From positions 1-64,000 of the forward strand of contig DAOVET010000001.1 of the NCBI GenBank assembly GCA_030668825.1: a stretch of 64,000 nucleotides of DNA, in the 5' to 3' direction. A program made the translations under genes and the position numbers. The first letter of the stretch is position 1, and each line of letters starts with the position of its first letter. Under the pieces are notes generated by a model that was not told where the DNA came from, did no database searches, and saw nothing but the letters and a program-made list of their open reading frames with translations. Positions 31,119-41,229 of the stretch are shown here, one piece after another. This DNA is from Candidatus Heimdallarchaeota archaeon (GTDB lineage Archaea; Asgardarchaeota; Heimdallarchaeia; Heimdallarchaeales; Heimdallarchaeaceae).

Positions 31119-31628
31119 ATGGAGCAATCTGTTACTGTACGGTTAGCTGAATTAAGTGATATTAATGACATCATTAAGATCAATAGGCTCTGTCTTCCAG
31201 AAAACTATTCCTTTGATTTCTTTTATCGTATTCTTTCAGAATTCGGTTTTGCATGTGTTGTTGGAGAAATAGACGGACAAGTTATGGGTTATGCGCTTTC
31301 CAGACTGGAAAGACCTTTTTCCACTTTCATAGGTTTAAGCTCATCTAAAGGTCATGTGATTTCGATTGCAGTTATTCCTGGTCTTAGAAAGAAAGGTTTT
31401 GGGACTCAAATTATGAAATATGGAATGCAAAAACTAATCGAACATGGTGTGGATACAATCTACTTAGAAGTTCGAGTGTCTAATATAGCAGCAGTTGAGA
31501 TGTATAAGAAATTAGGCTTTTATATCAAAAGGGAGTTCAAACAGTATTATAGGGATGGAGAATCAGCTTTTGTGATGGAATGGGGAAGAAAACAAGAAGC
31601 TGAAGAAGCTGAAGAAGCTGAAGCTTAA
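31119..31628 (+). CDS. N-terminal acetyltransferase (Ard1/RimI family)
   Basis: CLPENY, GHVISIAV, RKKGFG, LEVRVSN, YYRDGESA. Confidence 0.92.
   Translation: MEQSVTVRLAELSDINDIIKINRLCLPENYSFDFFYRILSEFGFACVVGEIDGQVMGYALSRLERPFSTFIGLSSSKGHVISIAVIPGLRKKGFGTQIMKYGMQKLIEHGVDTIYLEVRVSNIAAVEMYKKLGFYIKREFKQYYRDGESAFVMEWGRKQEAEEAEEAEA
31596..31625 (+). repeat. Coding 9-bp tandem repeat (GAAGCTGAA)x3, giving an EAE tail
   Basis: Read directly at the 3' end of the acetyltransferase gene. Confidence 0.7.
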
Positions 31629-31723
31629 TTCTTTTTTTATTGTTTTCTATGTAATAATGATATATGATGAGTTGTTGTCATCTTGTCATACTAGACAAGA
31701 ATAGATTGCTTCTTTCGCAGAGG

Positions 31724-32978
31724 TCATAGTAAATTTTCTATACTCACTCTACGAGGATACATCACGTATCCTCCTACCCCGTTCACACGACTTTTAGGTA
31801 GTGCTTTCGGATCGCTTTTAACTAAAATATTATACGCAGCATTCACATCAGCATTGATTAAAAATCCTTGAGCAGACTTGAACAACCCTCGGGTGACTCT
31901 TCTCCCTGCATAAGTTGTTCTAAATTCAGGGAACTCATTATCAAGGAAACTACATTTGGAAGTGTATTTCTCAGGAATGAGTTCAACCTTTATTCCTCTC
32001 TCCGCAGCTTTGTACTTTAGCATATTGATGATTCGCATATAGGGGATTGAGACAAACATTTGGGTGATTTTTTTCCAAAAATGCACTCGTTGTTTCCATT
32101 TTTCATTGTAGCCAATAATCACTTCTTGGAGACCACGTTCTACCCACATGTTGACCAAAAAACTAGTCAACTTGTGAATGGAATCTTTGAGTTTTTTTCT
32201 CCACTTCTCCCGTAAGTTATAGAAAGCAGGTCCATAATTCAATCTGTTTTTAACTTTCAGCTGTTGTTTTTGCTGTTGCACATATTGTTCTCGTAATTGT
32301 GTCTGTTTTTTCAAGTAAAATTGCGTAATAGATTTTATTCCTTTCCCCTCGTCCTTGATAACAATCGGTTGACCTCCGAGGTTATCCACAAAGGTAGCGA
32401 GGTTATACATCCCTAAATCGATAGCTCCTTTTCTCTTAGCTCGTTTACTGGGTTTAGGTAAGGTTTTAAGATACACTAGTTCTATTGTATATCCTACTCT
32501 TCGGGGAACAATTCTCACTTCTCTCAATTTCATTCTAGCCGTTAATCTTGTCTTGTGGTAATACCCTACTTTCCTTGGAAGAACTAGCCACCCATTTTGT
32601 ATTCTTGCTTGTTGGTTGGTAAAGATTGCTGCAACTTCCCCATCTTTAGCCTTATATCCTGGAGGATGTGGTATGGCAAAAAATGCAGCAGGTTTAATCT
32701 TCCACTCTTTCATCGCTTGGAAATATCCTTTCCAGTTTCTACAGAGAAGTTTGAGTGTGTGTTGAGCGGTCTGAGCAGGGAGAAATTTGTAACATTCCTC
32801 CTCTTTGAGGAGGGTGTTAAGATCGTAATAGTAAAGAAGCTTATTTTCTCTTTTTAGTGAGTTTTTAACCAAATAATTTGCTCGATGTATAGAGATTTTT
32901 CACTTGATGGCAGAGTTTGCTTAACGCTTGATGATATTTTACTTCTATACATTCAATTCGTAAACCTTGTACCATCAT
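31724..32978 (-). pseudogene. tnpB: TnpB (IS200/IS605 family, tnpB-only) with a +1 frameshift
   Basis: RuvC motifs AIDLG, EKYTSKCS, INADVNAAYNI. The upstream frame from ATG 32978 (MMVQGLRIECIEVKYHQALSKLCHQVKNLY) matches the N-terminus of the second TnpB and joins the main ORF if the base at 32887 is removed. Confidence 0.85.
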
Positions 32979-33068
32979 TCTTTTGGCAAGCTTTTGCTAT
33001 AAAAACTCCAGTAATATTTGTTCTGAAGTGTCTTTCAAAGTGATTCTTTGTGCGCTTAATATGACAGT

Positions 33069-36000
33069 ATGTTAAAAACATTTTATAATGAAATAAATAT
33101 TGTAGAAATAATCAAAATGACTCTCCATTACTTAGATGAACCTTCTTCCTCAGCTGATATTTATTCCTTCTTAGCTGATGAAATTAAAGATTGGTTTACA
33201 TCTAAGTTTCCTGGAGGGTTCACTCTTCCTCAGCTTTATGCTATACCTTCTATTCATAATAGAAAAAACACACTAGTATTCAGCTCTACAGGATCAGGTA
33301 AAACCTTTGCAGCTTTCCTTTCAGCAATAAATGAACTGTTTATAGAAGCAAAGGAAGGTAATCTAAAGGATGAGATTTATGTTTTATATATCTCTCCACT
33401 TAAAGCTCTTGGGAATGATATCAGAAAAAATCTCGAAGAGCCATTACAAGGAATCCAAGAGTTAGCAGCTTCAAATAATCTAGTAACACCTAAGATAAGA
33501 GTAGGTGTGAGAACTGGGGATACAACTCAAGCAGAAAGAACTAGAATGCTCAAAACCCCACCCCATATTCTAATAACTACTCCTGAAAGCTTAGGACTTA
33601 TACTAACATCTCCAAAGTTTTCATTGCACTTAAAGAGTATTCGTTGGTTGGTTCTGGATGAAATTCATGAAGTTAGTTCGAATAAAAGAGGAGTAATGCT
33701 TTCACTCTTTCTTTCTTATCTACAGCAAGAAGTTGCAGAAAGAGAAATCACTAGAATTGGCCTGTCTGCAACTCAAGCTCCCATAGAGGAGATTGCTAGA
33801 TTTTTAGTGGGAAGCAAAGATGGCTCTCAAGAAGAAGATTGCTATATAGCCAATCTCCCACCGCAGAGGAAACTAGACTTGGAAGTAAAAAGTCCAGTAA
33901 ATGATATGCTCCATACTCCTTACGTTATTATTCAAGAAGGAATATACGCTATCTTAGCTGATTTAATCTTAGATCACGAAACATCTATAGTTTTCACAAA
34001 CACACGAAGAGGGGCCGAGAATGTAGCGTTTCGATTAAAGGAATATCTTGGGGAAGAGTATGCTTCTTCAATTGCTGTTCATCACTCTAGCCTTTCTAGA
34101 GAAATCCGCTTAGATGTTGAAGATAGATTGAAGAATAATGAATTACTTGCAGCAATAACTTCAACCTCTCTTGAATTAGGTATAGACATAGGAAGTGTAG
34201 AACTTGTATCTCAAATTGGGTCACCAAAGACTGTTGCAAAGTATTTGCAGAGAGTTGGACGAAGTGGTCATTCCCTAGATAGAATAGCAAAGGGGCGACT
34301 AATTACAACTGATAGAGATGACGCAATTGAATGTGCAGTTCTTACCAAAAGTGCTTATAGCCGAGAGATAGATAAAGTTCAAATTCCTATCAACTGTTTA
34401 GATGTTCTTGCTCAATTTATTGTGGGCATATCTCTTATGAAGAGATGGGGTGTTGAAGAAGCATTTGACATGATAAGAAAATCATACAACTACAAGACTC
34501 TTGATTTTGATGATTATATTAACGTACTAGAATATCTGGGAGGGTACAATCTAGATGTAGAAGAGAGAAAAATCTATAGAAAAATATGGTATGATGATAA
34601 AGAAAAAGCATTTGGGAAGAAAAGAGGTTCTAGATTGGTTTTTTACACTAATATAGGAACCATCCCAGAAAATGCAGATTATCGAGTAGAATTAGAAACT
34701 TATAGAACAAGAATAGGTGTTCTTTCTGAAAGTTTCGTTGAACGATTGACACCAGGGGATATTTTCGTATTAGGTAGTCATACCTACCAGTTTAGAAGAA
34801 CAGTGGGTTCCAGAGTTGTTGTAGCTGAAGCTTTTGGAAGGAGACCCACTATACCTAATTGGGTTGGTGAAGAACTCCCTAGATCTTTTGAATTATCGCA
34901 ACAGATTGGGAGATTCATTGATGCTGTTTCAAAGAAAATACAGAAAGAAGATGAAAGTCAAGTAAGAGATTGGATTGAAAGATCATTTCAAGTAGACGAT
35001 ATTATTTCGAAATCAATTGTTGAATATGTTAAGGAACAGATGATGTTTCTCAATGTTACTCCGAGTGACAAAAAACTATTGATAGAATCTTATATTGATC
35101 CACAAGGTAGAATGGTTTTAGTTTTTCATGCCTATTATGGTAGGAGGGTAAATGATGCATTATCAAGGGCTTATGCGTATACTATAGGAAAAGCTATTGG
35201 TTCTGACATAGGATCAGCTGTTAATGATAACGGTTTCTTGTTAATGCTTCCTATAGACAAAATAATAGACACTTCCATTGTTCCTGAACTATTGTCTGCT
35301 GTAAATCTAGAAGAGATTCTTAAACAAGCGATAATTAACACAGAATTGTTTGTTAACAGATTCCGTCATGTAGCAAATAGAGCATTTATGGTTCTAAGAA
35401 GAAGTGGTGAAAAACATATTTCTGTATCTAGACAAAGCATGTATGCTAAAAGAATATTCTCAACGCTTCGGGACCAGGACAGTTTTTGTGTAATAAAGGA
35501 AACTTATCGGGAGATATTAAAAGATTACATGGATCTGGTAAATTGTTTAATAGTTTTATCAAAATTGCAAAAAGGTGAATTTGAGTATCACATCACTCCC
35601 TTGTCAGATATCCCTAGTCCATTTGCTCATGGAATAGTTCTAATGGGTATTTCAGATATAGTCCAGATTTCAGATAGAAGTGCTTTATTAAGAGAGCTAC
35701 ATCAACAGGTTCTGGCGAAAGTTTTTGGTAAGGAAGGATCTAAAGAAATATTATTTAACACTGAATTAGTTGAGAGGATTTTCAATAATCGAAGCTATAA
35801 GAACACTGATCTCCCCATTTCTTCTCTCAAGCAATTGAAGAGCGCTGTAAAAGCTTTAGCACCAATTAAAACAACAGATAGTGTGAATCCAAGCATCTAT
35901 CATCACAGTATTAATGATGCAAAACAGATAAGAGCATGGTCTTTGGCTTTACACAATAATCGGGAATTAATAGAAGTTCATATTGCTAAAGGAGATAGAA

Positions 36001-38843
36001 GATCTATACCGATTACAGATTTTCAGTTATTTTGGAATCTTTATCTTAAATCAATTGAGAAAACTGAATTTGATGAGAAAATTCTGAAACTAATTAATGA
36101 TATTCATCCTATTTCTCTTAACAAAATCGCAGAAGAACTTAAGGAAGAAACAAGAACTGTTCAGATACATCTAGAAAAATTAGAAAGAGCTATGTTAATA
36201 GCTCGTGTTGAATATGAGCTATATGGTGGGAGAATTCGATCAAAATATGCACCAATAAGTGAAGTTGTTCCAGAACCTCTACTTAGAGAAGCAAAAAAGC
36301 TTGATCCTGAAGAATGTTTAAAGAAGATTATCCTTCGTTTCTTAAAGGTACATGGACCTTCTACTATACATCAAATAGCCGATTATTTGAGAATCGAAGA
36401 GGAGAAACTTGTACGAGCTTTGGCTGAACTTGAACAGAAAAATCGAGTACTAAAAGGAAGAATTACTGAATCGTCCACTGACCTTCAATATATTCGTTTA
36501 GAAGATAGAGAATTACTTCGGAATCTCAGTAATCGAAAACCAGATTCGATAATATTAACACCTGAAGATTTAAACTATATGCATTATAATTTCGCAGTTG
36601 AGAGCATATTTGATGAGAATTTACAGGGAAAAGAGAGTGTTCTTAATCTCCTGAATCGCTTTGGCTCAATTGAGGATTTAAGTTCATTATCTGTTAGAAT
36701 AAATGACTTTGATCTTGATTGGATAAGAGATTTAATTGAAAAAAATGAACTTATCAAGGGAAGATTCAGTCACAAGAGATTATCTTTTGTAAGCAGAGAA
36801 ATGTTTCCATACTATTATGTTGCTTATAGAGAACCATTTAATCTCTCTAGAGCTGACGAAAAAATACTCTCAACAATAAGAAAGTATGGACCACTAACAA
36901 AGAGAGAAATTATAGAATTTACGGAAATGGATGGAGATATAATTCAAGAAAGCTTGACGATACTTGATAAAACACTGTATTTAGTTCGAAAATCAGTATC
37001 TCAAGAGTCTTTTATTCCTAAACAATTTGTTCCTAATGTTTATGAAATATCTGAACGATATTTTGCTGTAGATAAACTTCCTTCATTTGAAAAGAGTCAA
37101 GAGTTTATTCTTTTGCAAGCTATTGAATCTCTAGGCCCTGTATCTTTGGTAGAGTTAACCCATCTAATTGGCTTCAGATATAGTAATATCGAGAAATTGA
37201 TTAAGATTCTGTTAAGCAAAAAGAAAATTATTGAGAGAAAACTAACTGAAAGAGAAACTAATTACTATATGACACCTGAGAGATTCAAAGATATTGGTCA
37301 GATAAAAGACAATCTGATAAACATGGCATTGAAGGAGGATGAAAGAATAGTAATACTTCCTAAAAATGATCCCTTCACTAGATTAGGGATGCGCTTACAT
37401 TTACGTGATATTTATGGGGAAGGACAAATTGATCCCATTTTACTAGATGGTGAGATGGTAGGATCAGTTGAATATAAACTTCATAGAGGACAATATTTAC
37501 AGATTTATGACTTAAAACTAAAAGATGAAGTAGCTTTTCATTCAATCACACTTCAGAAAATTGCATCCGAGTTAGTTTCCTATACCAGAAAGATTCATAG
37601 AGTCTTGAGTCTTCAGATAGAAGATATTAACGGGAAATCAGTTCTCTCTAAAAGCAACAATTTCATAAAAACAACTTTGGTAAAAACGGGTTTCAAACTA
37701 ATAAAAGATACTTTAGTAGGTGGAGATACGGTAACCAAAGTATTTCCAGAGAGAGTCATAAATAAGTACATTATGGAGTCTTTGTGGTTAAAGAAAAAAA
37801 CACCTTCCTTAACTGTAGAAATACTTCTACAGATGATCAACCACTTCAGTTTTATCAGCATAAGAGAGATTCTTTCAAGATTCCCCGAAAATATGTCCTC
37901 AATTATAGTCTATCTTCTGAATAATCTTCTTGAAGACAAAGAAGTTATTTGTCAAGGAAATGTATTCCTATCACTAGATTTTGCTCTCTATAAGAAGAGT
38001 GGTTTAAGAAGAAGAAAAAGAATGAATACTGAAATTGAGGAAACCTATAGGAATATTCAGAAAGGAAGTACTAATCAGGTAGAGTTATCCAAAAAATGGA
38101 AAGGGGCCACTTCATCATTAAAATCTGCTTTAAGTACTCTTGAAGAAAATATGAAAATTGGAGTAAGATCATTAAACAATCTATTTGAACCTCAGGACTA
38201 TTGGGATATAGAACCCTTCTTAGTTGAACTGAAAAAAGATATTGCTGAGATAAGGAAAGAATATATTTTTGATATTTTATGTGGTTTAGGTGTTGCTACA
38301 GAAGATCATATTGCTGAAAGAGGAGTTATTCCAGGAGTTTTAACCAAGATAAGAATCAAGGAAGTTCTAGCAGCTCTAATTGATGAAGATAAAATTTATG
38401 GTGGTAGATTTGTTGAAAATGATTTACAATTTTATTATATATCAACAGAAGATTATAACAAACTTCTCAAACTAGAAAAGAAAGAAGAATCTAAAGTTGA
38501 TTATTCTCCCAAAGAAGTTAGAGAAAGATATTACTTGTTATATCCAAAAGATTTAGCTATTAACATTCTCAGAAATCAATTACCTGCGCATTTTGATGTT
38601 TCAACAAATAATTACATGGTCGTTTTAAACCAGAAAGTAGCTGCACAATGCTATACTGAACAACTAAATCAGAGAACACTTGCGATCAAGAATCTTCTAC
38701 TTGCACCTTGGATACATTCTGAGAGTTCATTGAACTATGTAGTAAATGCTATTGAAGACATTCCCTCTTTCGATAATCTTGAAATCAAATCCTTAGTTGT
38801 TGAAAAGATAAATGGGATTCCAGCAAAAACATTGGTGAAATAA
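33069..38843 (+). CDS. lhr: Lhr-family SF2 helicase with a ~1000-aa C-terminal winged-helix/AlkZ-like extension
   Basis: STGSGKT, YISPLKAL, TTPES, DEIH, SAT, LELGIDIG, QRVGRSGH, PSPFA; the real start may be 33117. Confidence 0.92.
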   Translation: MLKTFYNEINIVEIIKMTLHYLDEPSSSADIYSFLADEIKDWFTSKFPGGFTLPQLYAIPSIHNRKNTLVFSSTGSGKTFAAFLSAINELFIEAKEGNLKDEIYVLYISPLKALGNDIRKNLEEPLQGIQELAASNNLVTPKIRVGVRTGDTTQAERTRMLKTPPHILITTPESLGLILTSPKFSLHLKSIRWLVLDEIHEVSSNKRGVMLSLFLSYLQQEVAEREITRIGLSATQAPIEEIARFLVGSKDGSQEEDCYIANLPPQRKLDLEVKSPVNDMLHTPYVIIQEGIYAILADLILDHETSIVFTNTRRGAENVAFRLKEYLGEEYASSIAVHHSSLSREIRLDVEDRLKNNELLAAITSTSLELGIDIGSVELVSQIGSPKTVAKYLQRVGRSGHSLDRIAKGRLITTDRDDAIECAVLTKSAYSREIDKVQIPINCLDVLAQFIVGISLMKRWGVEEAFDMIRKSYNYKTLDFDDYINVLEYLGGYNLDVEERKIYRKIWYDDKEKAFGKKRGSRLVFYTNIGTIPENADYRVELETYRTRIGVLSESFVERLTPGDIFVLGSHTYQFRRTVGSRVVVAEAFGRRPTIPNWVGEELPRSFELSQQIGRFIDAVSKKIQKEDESQVRDWIERSFQVDDIISKSIVEYVKEQMMFLNVTPSDKKLLIESYIDPQGRMVLVFHAYYGRRVNDALSRAYAYTIGKAIGSDIGSAVNDNGFLLMLPIDKIIDTSIVPELLSAVNLEEILKQAIINTELFVNRFRHVANRAFMVLRRSGEKHISVSRQSMYAKRIFSTLRDQDSFCVIKETYREILKDYMDLVNCLIVLSKLQKGEFEYHITPLSDIPSPFAHGIVLMGISDIVQISDRSALLRELHQQVLAKVFGKEGSKEILFNTELVERIFNNRSYKNTDLPISSLKQLKSAVKALAPIKTTDSVNPSIYHHSINDAKQIRAWSLALHNNRELIEVHIAKGDRRSIPITDFQLFWNLYLKSIEKTEFDEKILKLINDIHPISLNKIAEELKEETRTVQIHLEKLERAMLIARVEYELYGGRIRSKYAPISEVVPEPLLREAKKLDPEECLKKIILRFLKVHGPSTIHQIADYLRIEEEKLVRALAELEQKNRVLKGRITESSTDLQYIRLEDRELLRNLSNRKPDSIILTPEDLNYMHYNFAVESIFDENLQGKESVLNLLNRFGSIEDLSSLSVRINDFDLDWIRDLIEKNELIKGRFSHKRLSFVSREMFPYYYVAYREPFNLSRADEKILSTIRKYGPLTKREIIEFTEMDGDIIQESLTILDKTLYLVRKSVSQESFIPKQFVPNVYEISERYFAVDKLPSFEKSQEFILLQAIESLGPVSLVELTHLIGFRYSNIEKLIKILLSKKKIIERKLTERETNYYMTPERFKDIGQIKDNLINMALKEDERIVILPKNDPFTRLGMRLHLRDIYGEGQIDPILLDGEMVGSVEYKLHRGQYLQIYDLKLKDEVAFHSITLQKIASELVSYTRKIHRVLSLQIEDINGKSVLSKSNNFIKTTLVKTGFKLIKDTLVGGDTVTKVFPERVINKYIMESLWLKKKTPSLTVEILLQMINHFSFISIREILSRFPENMSSIIVYLLNNLLEDKEVICQGNVFLSLDFALYKKSGLRRRKRMNTEIEETYRNIQKGSTNQVELSKKWKGATSSLKSALSTLEENMKIGVRSLNNLFEPQDYWDIEPFLVELKKDIAEIRKEYIFDILCGLGVATEDHIAERGVIPGVLTKIRIKEVLAALIDEDKIYGGRFVENDLQFYYISTEDYNKLLKLEKKEESKVDYSPKEVRERYYLLYPKDLAINILRNQLPAHFDVSTNNYMVVLNQKVAAQCYTEQLNQRTLAIKNLLLAPWIHSESSLNYVVNAIEDIPSFDNLEIKSLVVEKINGIPAKTLVK

Positions 38844-41189
38844 ATGACAATTAGTGAAGTATCCTTATCCCTTGAACAACTAGCTCAGTATCTTGCAGAG
38901 AAACAAAATCTCGATAAAGAATTCAAAGGTGTCAACTATAGTCATGCAATATCCATAATAAATAACATAGTTATTTTTCAAGATTCTGAATCGCTTTTTG
39001 TAAGAATGAGAACCTATTCTTCTAATCTTCTTCAATCGCTTGTAAGGAACAAGCACTTGGTTCATGCTCCTTTCAAAGAGAACAAGCTCTCATATGTTGG
39101 TAGAGACAATCTATCGGCCTTTCATAAAATTTCTATAAAAGAAAATATTGAGTACAAGAAACCGCAAGCCAAAGCTGTTCTTGACTATATTAGAGGAGAG
39201 GATTCTTCTACTCGCTTTAAGATAATGGAACACTTTGATTTAACAAAGGATGCAGTGATGGAAATCCTTTCTGAGCTTAGAAATAATTTTCAAATCTTCA
39301 TGTTTTACGATGGAACAAGCTGGTCTATTTTCAGTACAAAATTATTGATGGAGGATCATTCAAAAAGCAAAACATCTGCGATTTCAGATTTAATTTATAA
39401 TGTTATCAAAAGCTATGGACCAATAACAGTTCCTCAGATTATACGAATTCTTAACATGACTGGAGGGAGGATAAGCACAAGTATAATTGAACTATTTGAA
39501 AATAAAAAAATTGTAAGAGGAAACTTCATAGAAAACTCAAGCTATGAAGCTTTTCTAACTACTAATGAATTGGATTATTTGAGAAAATATCTAGAAGCAT
39601 ACACTCCTCAAGTAACTCATCAGATTGTGATACTTCCAAACAACGATCCTCTTTCAGAATATTGGGCCTCTGCTGATTTCTTGAACATAGATGAAATAAA
39701 AAGTGAAATTGTATTTATTGATGGTAAACCCGTCTGTTCCTTTGACTATAAAATTATGGGAGATAAATTACATGTTTCTAATTTTATACGGTCAGTGGAC
39801 TATATTGTTTTGGAAAAGGAAATCAGAGATAAGATTCAGGAGTTTACTGAAAATAAAGGAAAAATTCTTGTCTTTCCAGAATTACACTCAGAAGTTATCG
39901 AAAATCAATCAAAAGTTTTTGCCAATATTCTTTCTCAGCGAGGGTATAGATCTCGATCCTCTGGATTAGTTTATTCAATAACAGGAAAGAAAGCACTAGT
40001 TGGTGATAAAAATCTATTTCCAACAGAAGATATTTTTCCTCTTCTGCTGAGTAAGCAATATCTTAGTAGCAAAACTCAATTCACAACTAAAACTGAAATT
40101 TTAAAGGGATTGGGATCACTGGGGATTCCTCTCCCTATGACTTCTGTTCTAATTAGAACAAGTTCTGGAAAAGAATATTATATAGATGAACTGGTAAAAG
40201 ATAAGCAACTTGCTCTTGGTAAATTTGGGTCATTTACTCGCGGTTCAGTTGTATCAAAAGATTACTCTGTCTTTGCAAAACTTAGTCCTTCTAGATATCA
40301 CGGAGTATTAGAAGAAAGAATTCTCAATCTAATCAAAAAGAAAGAAAGAATTAATTTTTCTCAGTTAAAATCCTCACTAAATCTGTCCAATCGAGTCCTT
40401 CTATCATCTATTCAGAAATTAGAAAATTCTCATGAAATAGTTCAATTAAGGTCTGTTTCTAATCAGATTATCTGGATGCCAGTGTCTAAATTTCTCAGTG
40501 GTATTCAACCCAAAAAATATGAAACTCAAAGAGAATCGTGGTTAGATGTTATTTATAGAATTTTATCATCAAATTTACCATTGACAATTGATCAATTAGC
40601 TAATCTAACAGGTTTATCTAATACTCAGATTGAAGTTAATATCAAGGAATTAATAGCTTCGAAAGGTGTTAGATCTGGAAGATTTATGGAAGATGAGGAA
40701 AATGTCCAATTCACAACAAAAGAGGTTGAAAGCTTAATATCTGGATATATCTACCAGAAGGACGATAATTTGATCCAAGAAGACAGTGTAGAGTTAATTT
40801 ACCTTCCTCGAAATGACCCTATGTTAATAGTTTATAGAAATTATCTTCTGAAACGATTTAAACTTCGTTCTCTATACTCTCGTTCTGTTCCTTCTGATTA
40901 TGGTGAAATAATCCTCAAAAATGGGGAACCCATTGCTCTGCTACATTTCAAAAAGGTAGAAAAAATAGATTTTATTAACAACATTGAGATTTTACCCGAA
41001 TTCAATGATACCCATACATTAATGTTCATTTTCAGTGCAATTCAGGAATTCTTCAATAAAACAAAAGAAGAAGGGAAAAGAATAATCCGAATCAAACAAA
41101 TCAACAGTATCCCGCTTTCTTCCAACGAGGGAGAAGACTATGCCAAGCTGTTGGACGATATGCAAATAGATTACCAAATTCTGTCTTAA
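38844..41189 (+). CDS. Winged-helix/AlkZ-like (HTH_42) repeat protein, paralogous to the Lhr C-terminal extension
   Basis: Starts immediately after the lhr stop (TAAATG); shares YGPIT/HGPST, GRF/GNF and LPNNDPL/LPRNDPM (vs Lhr LPKNDPF) motifs. Confidence 0.65.
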   Translation: MTISEVSLSLEQLAQYLAEKQNLDKEFKGVNYSHAISIINNIVIFQDSESLFVRMRTYSSNLLQSLVRNKHLVHAPFKENKLSYVGRDNLSAFHKISIKENIEYKKPQAKAVLDYIRGEDSSTRFKIMEHFDLTKDAVMEILSELRNNFQIFMFYDGTSWSIFSTKLLMEDHSKSKTSAISDLIYNVIKSYGPITVPQIIRILNMTGGRISTSIIELFENKKIVRGNFIENSSYEAFLTTNELDYLRKYLEAYTPQVTHQIVILPNNDPLSEYWASADFLNIDEIKSEIVFIDGKPVCSFDYKIMGDKLHVSNFIRSVDYIVLEKEIRDKIQEFTENKGKILVFPELHSEVIENQSKVFANILSQRGYRSRSSGLVYSITGKKALVGDKNLFPTEDIFPLLLSKQYLSSKTQFTTKTEILKGLGSLGIPLPMTSVLIRTSSGKEYYIDELVKDKQLALGKFGSFTRGSVVSKDYSVFAKLSPSRYHGVLEERILNLIKKKERINFSQLKSSLNLSNRVLLSSIQKLENSHEIVQLRSVSNQIIWMPVSKFLSGIQPKKYETQRESWLDVIYRILSSNLPLTIDQLANLTGLSNTQIEVNIKELIASKGVRSGRFMEDEENVQFTTKEVESLISGYIYQKDDNLIQEDSVELIYLPRNDPMLIVYRNYLLKRFKLRSLYSRSVPSDYGEIILKNGEPIALLHFKKVEKIDFINNIEILPEFNDTHTLMFIFSAIQEFFNKTKEEGKRIIRIKQINSIPLSSNEGEDYAKLLDDMQIDYQILS

Positions 41190-41229
41190 ACGGGGATAAC
41201 TTTTTATTTCAAAATCCTATCTAAGCATA

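Noticed and set aside
31664-31720. Second box C/D RNA (ATGATGA at 31664)
   Set aside because: No box D at a suitable distance; the region is better explained as the tnpB right end
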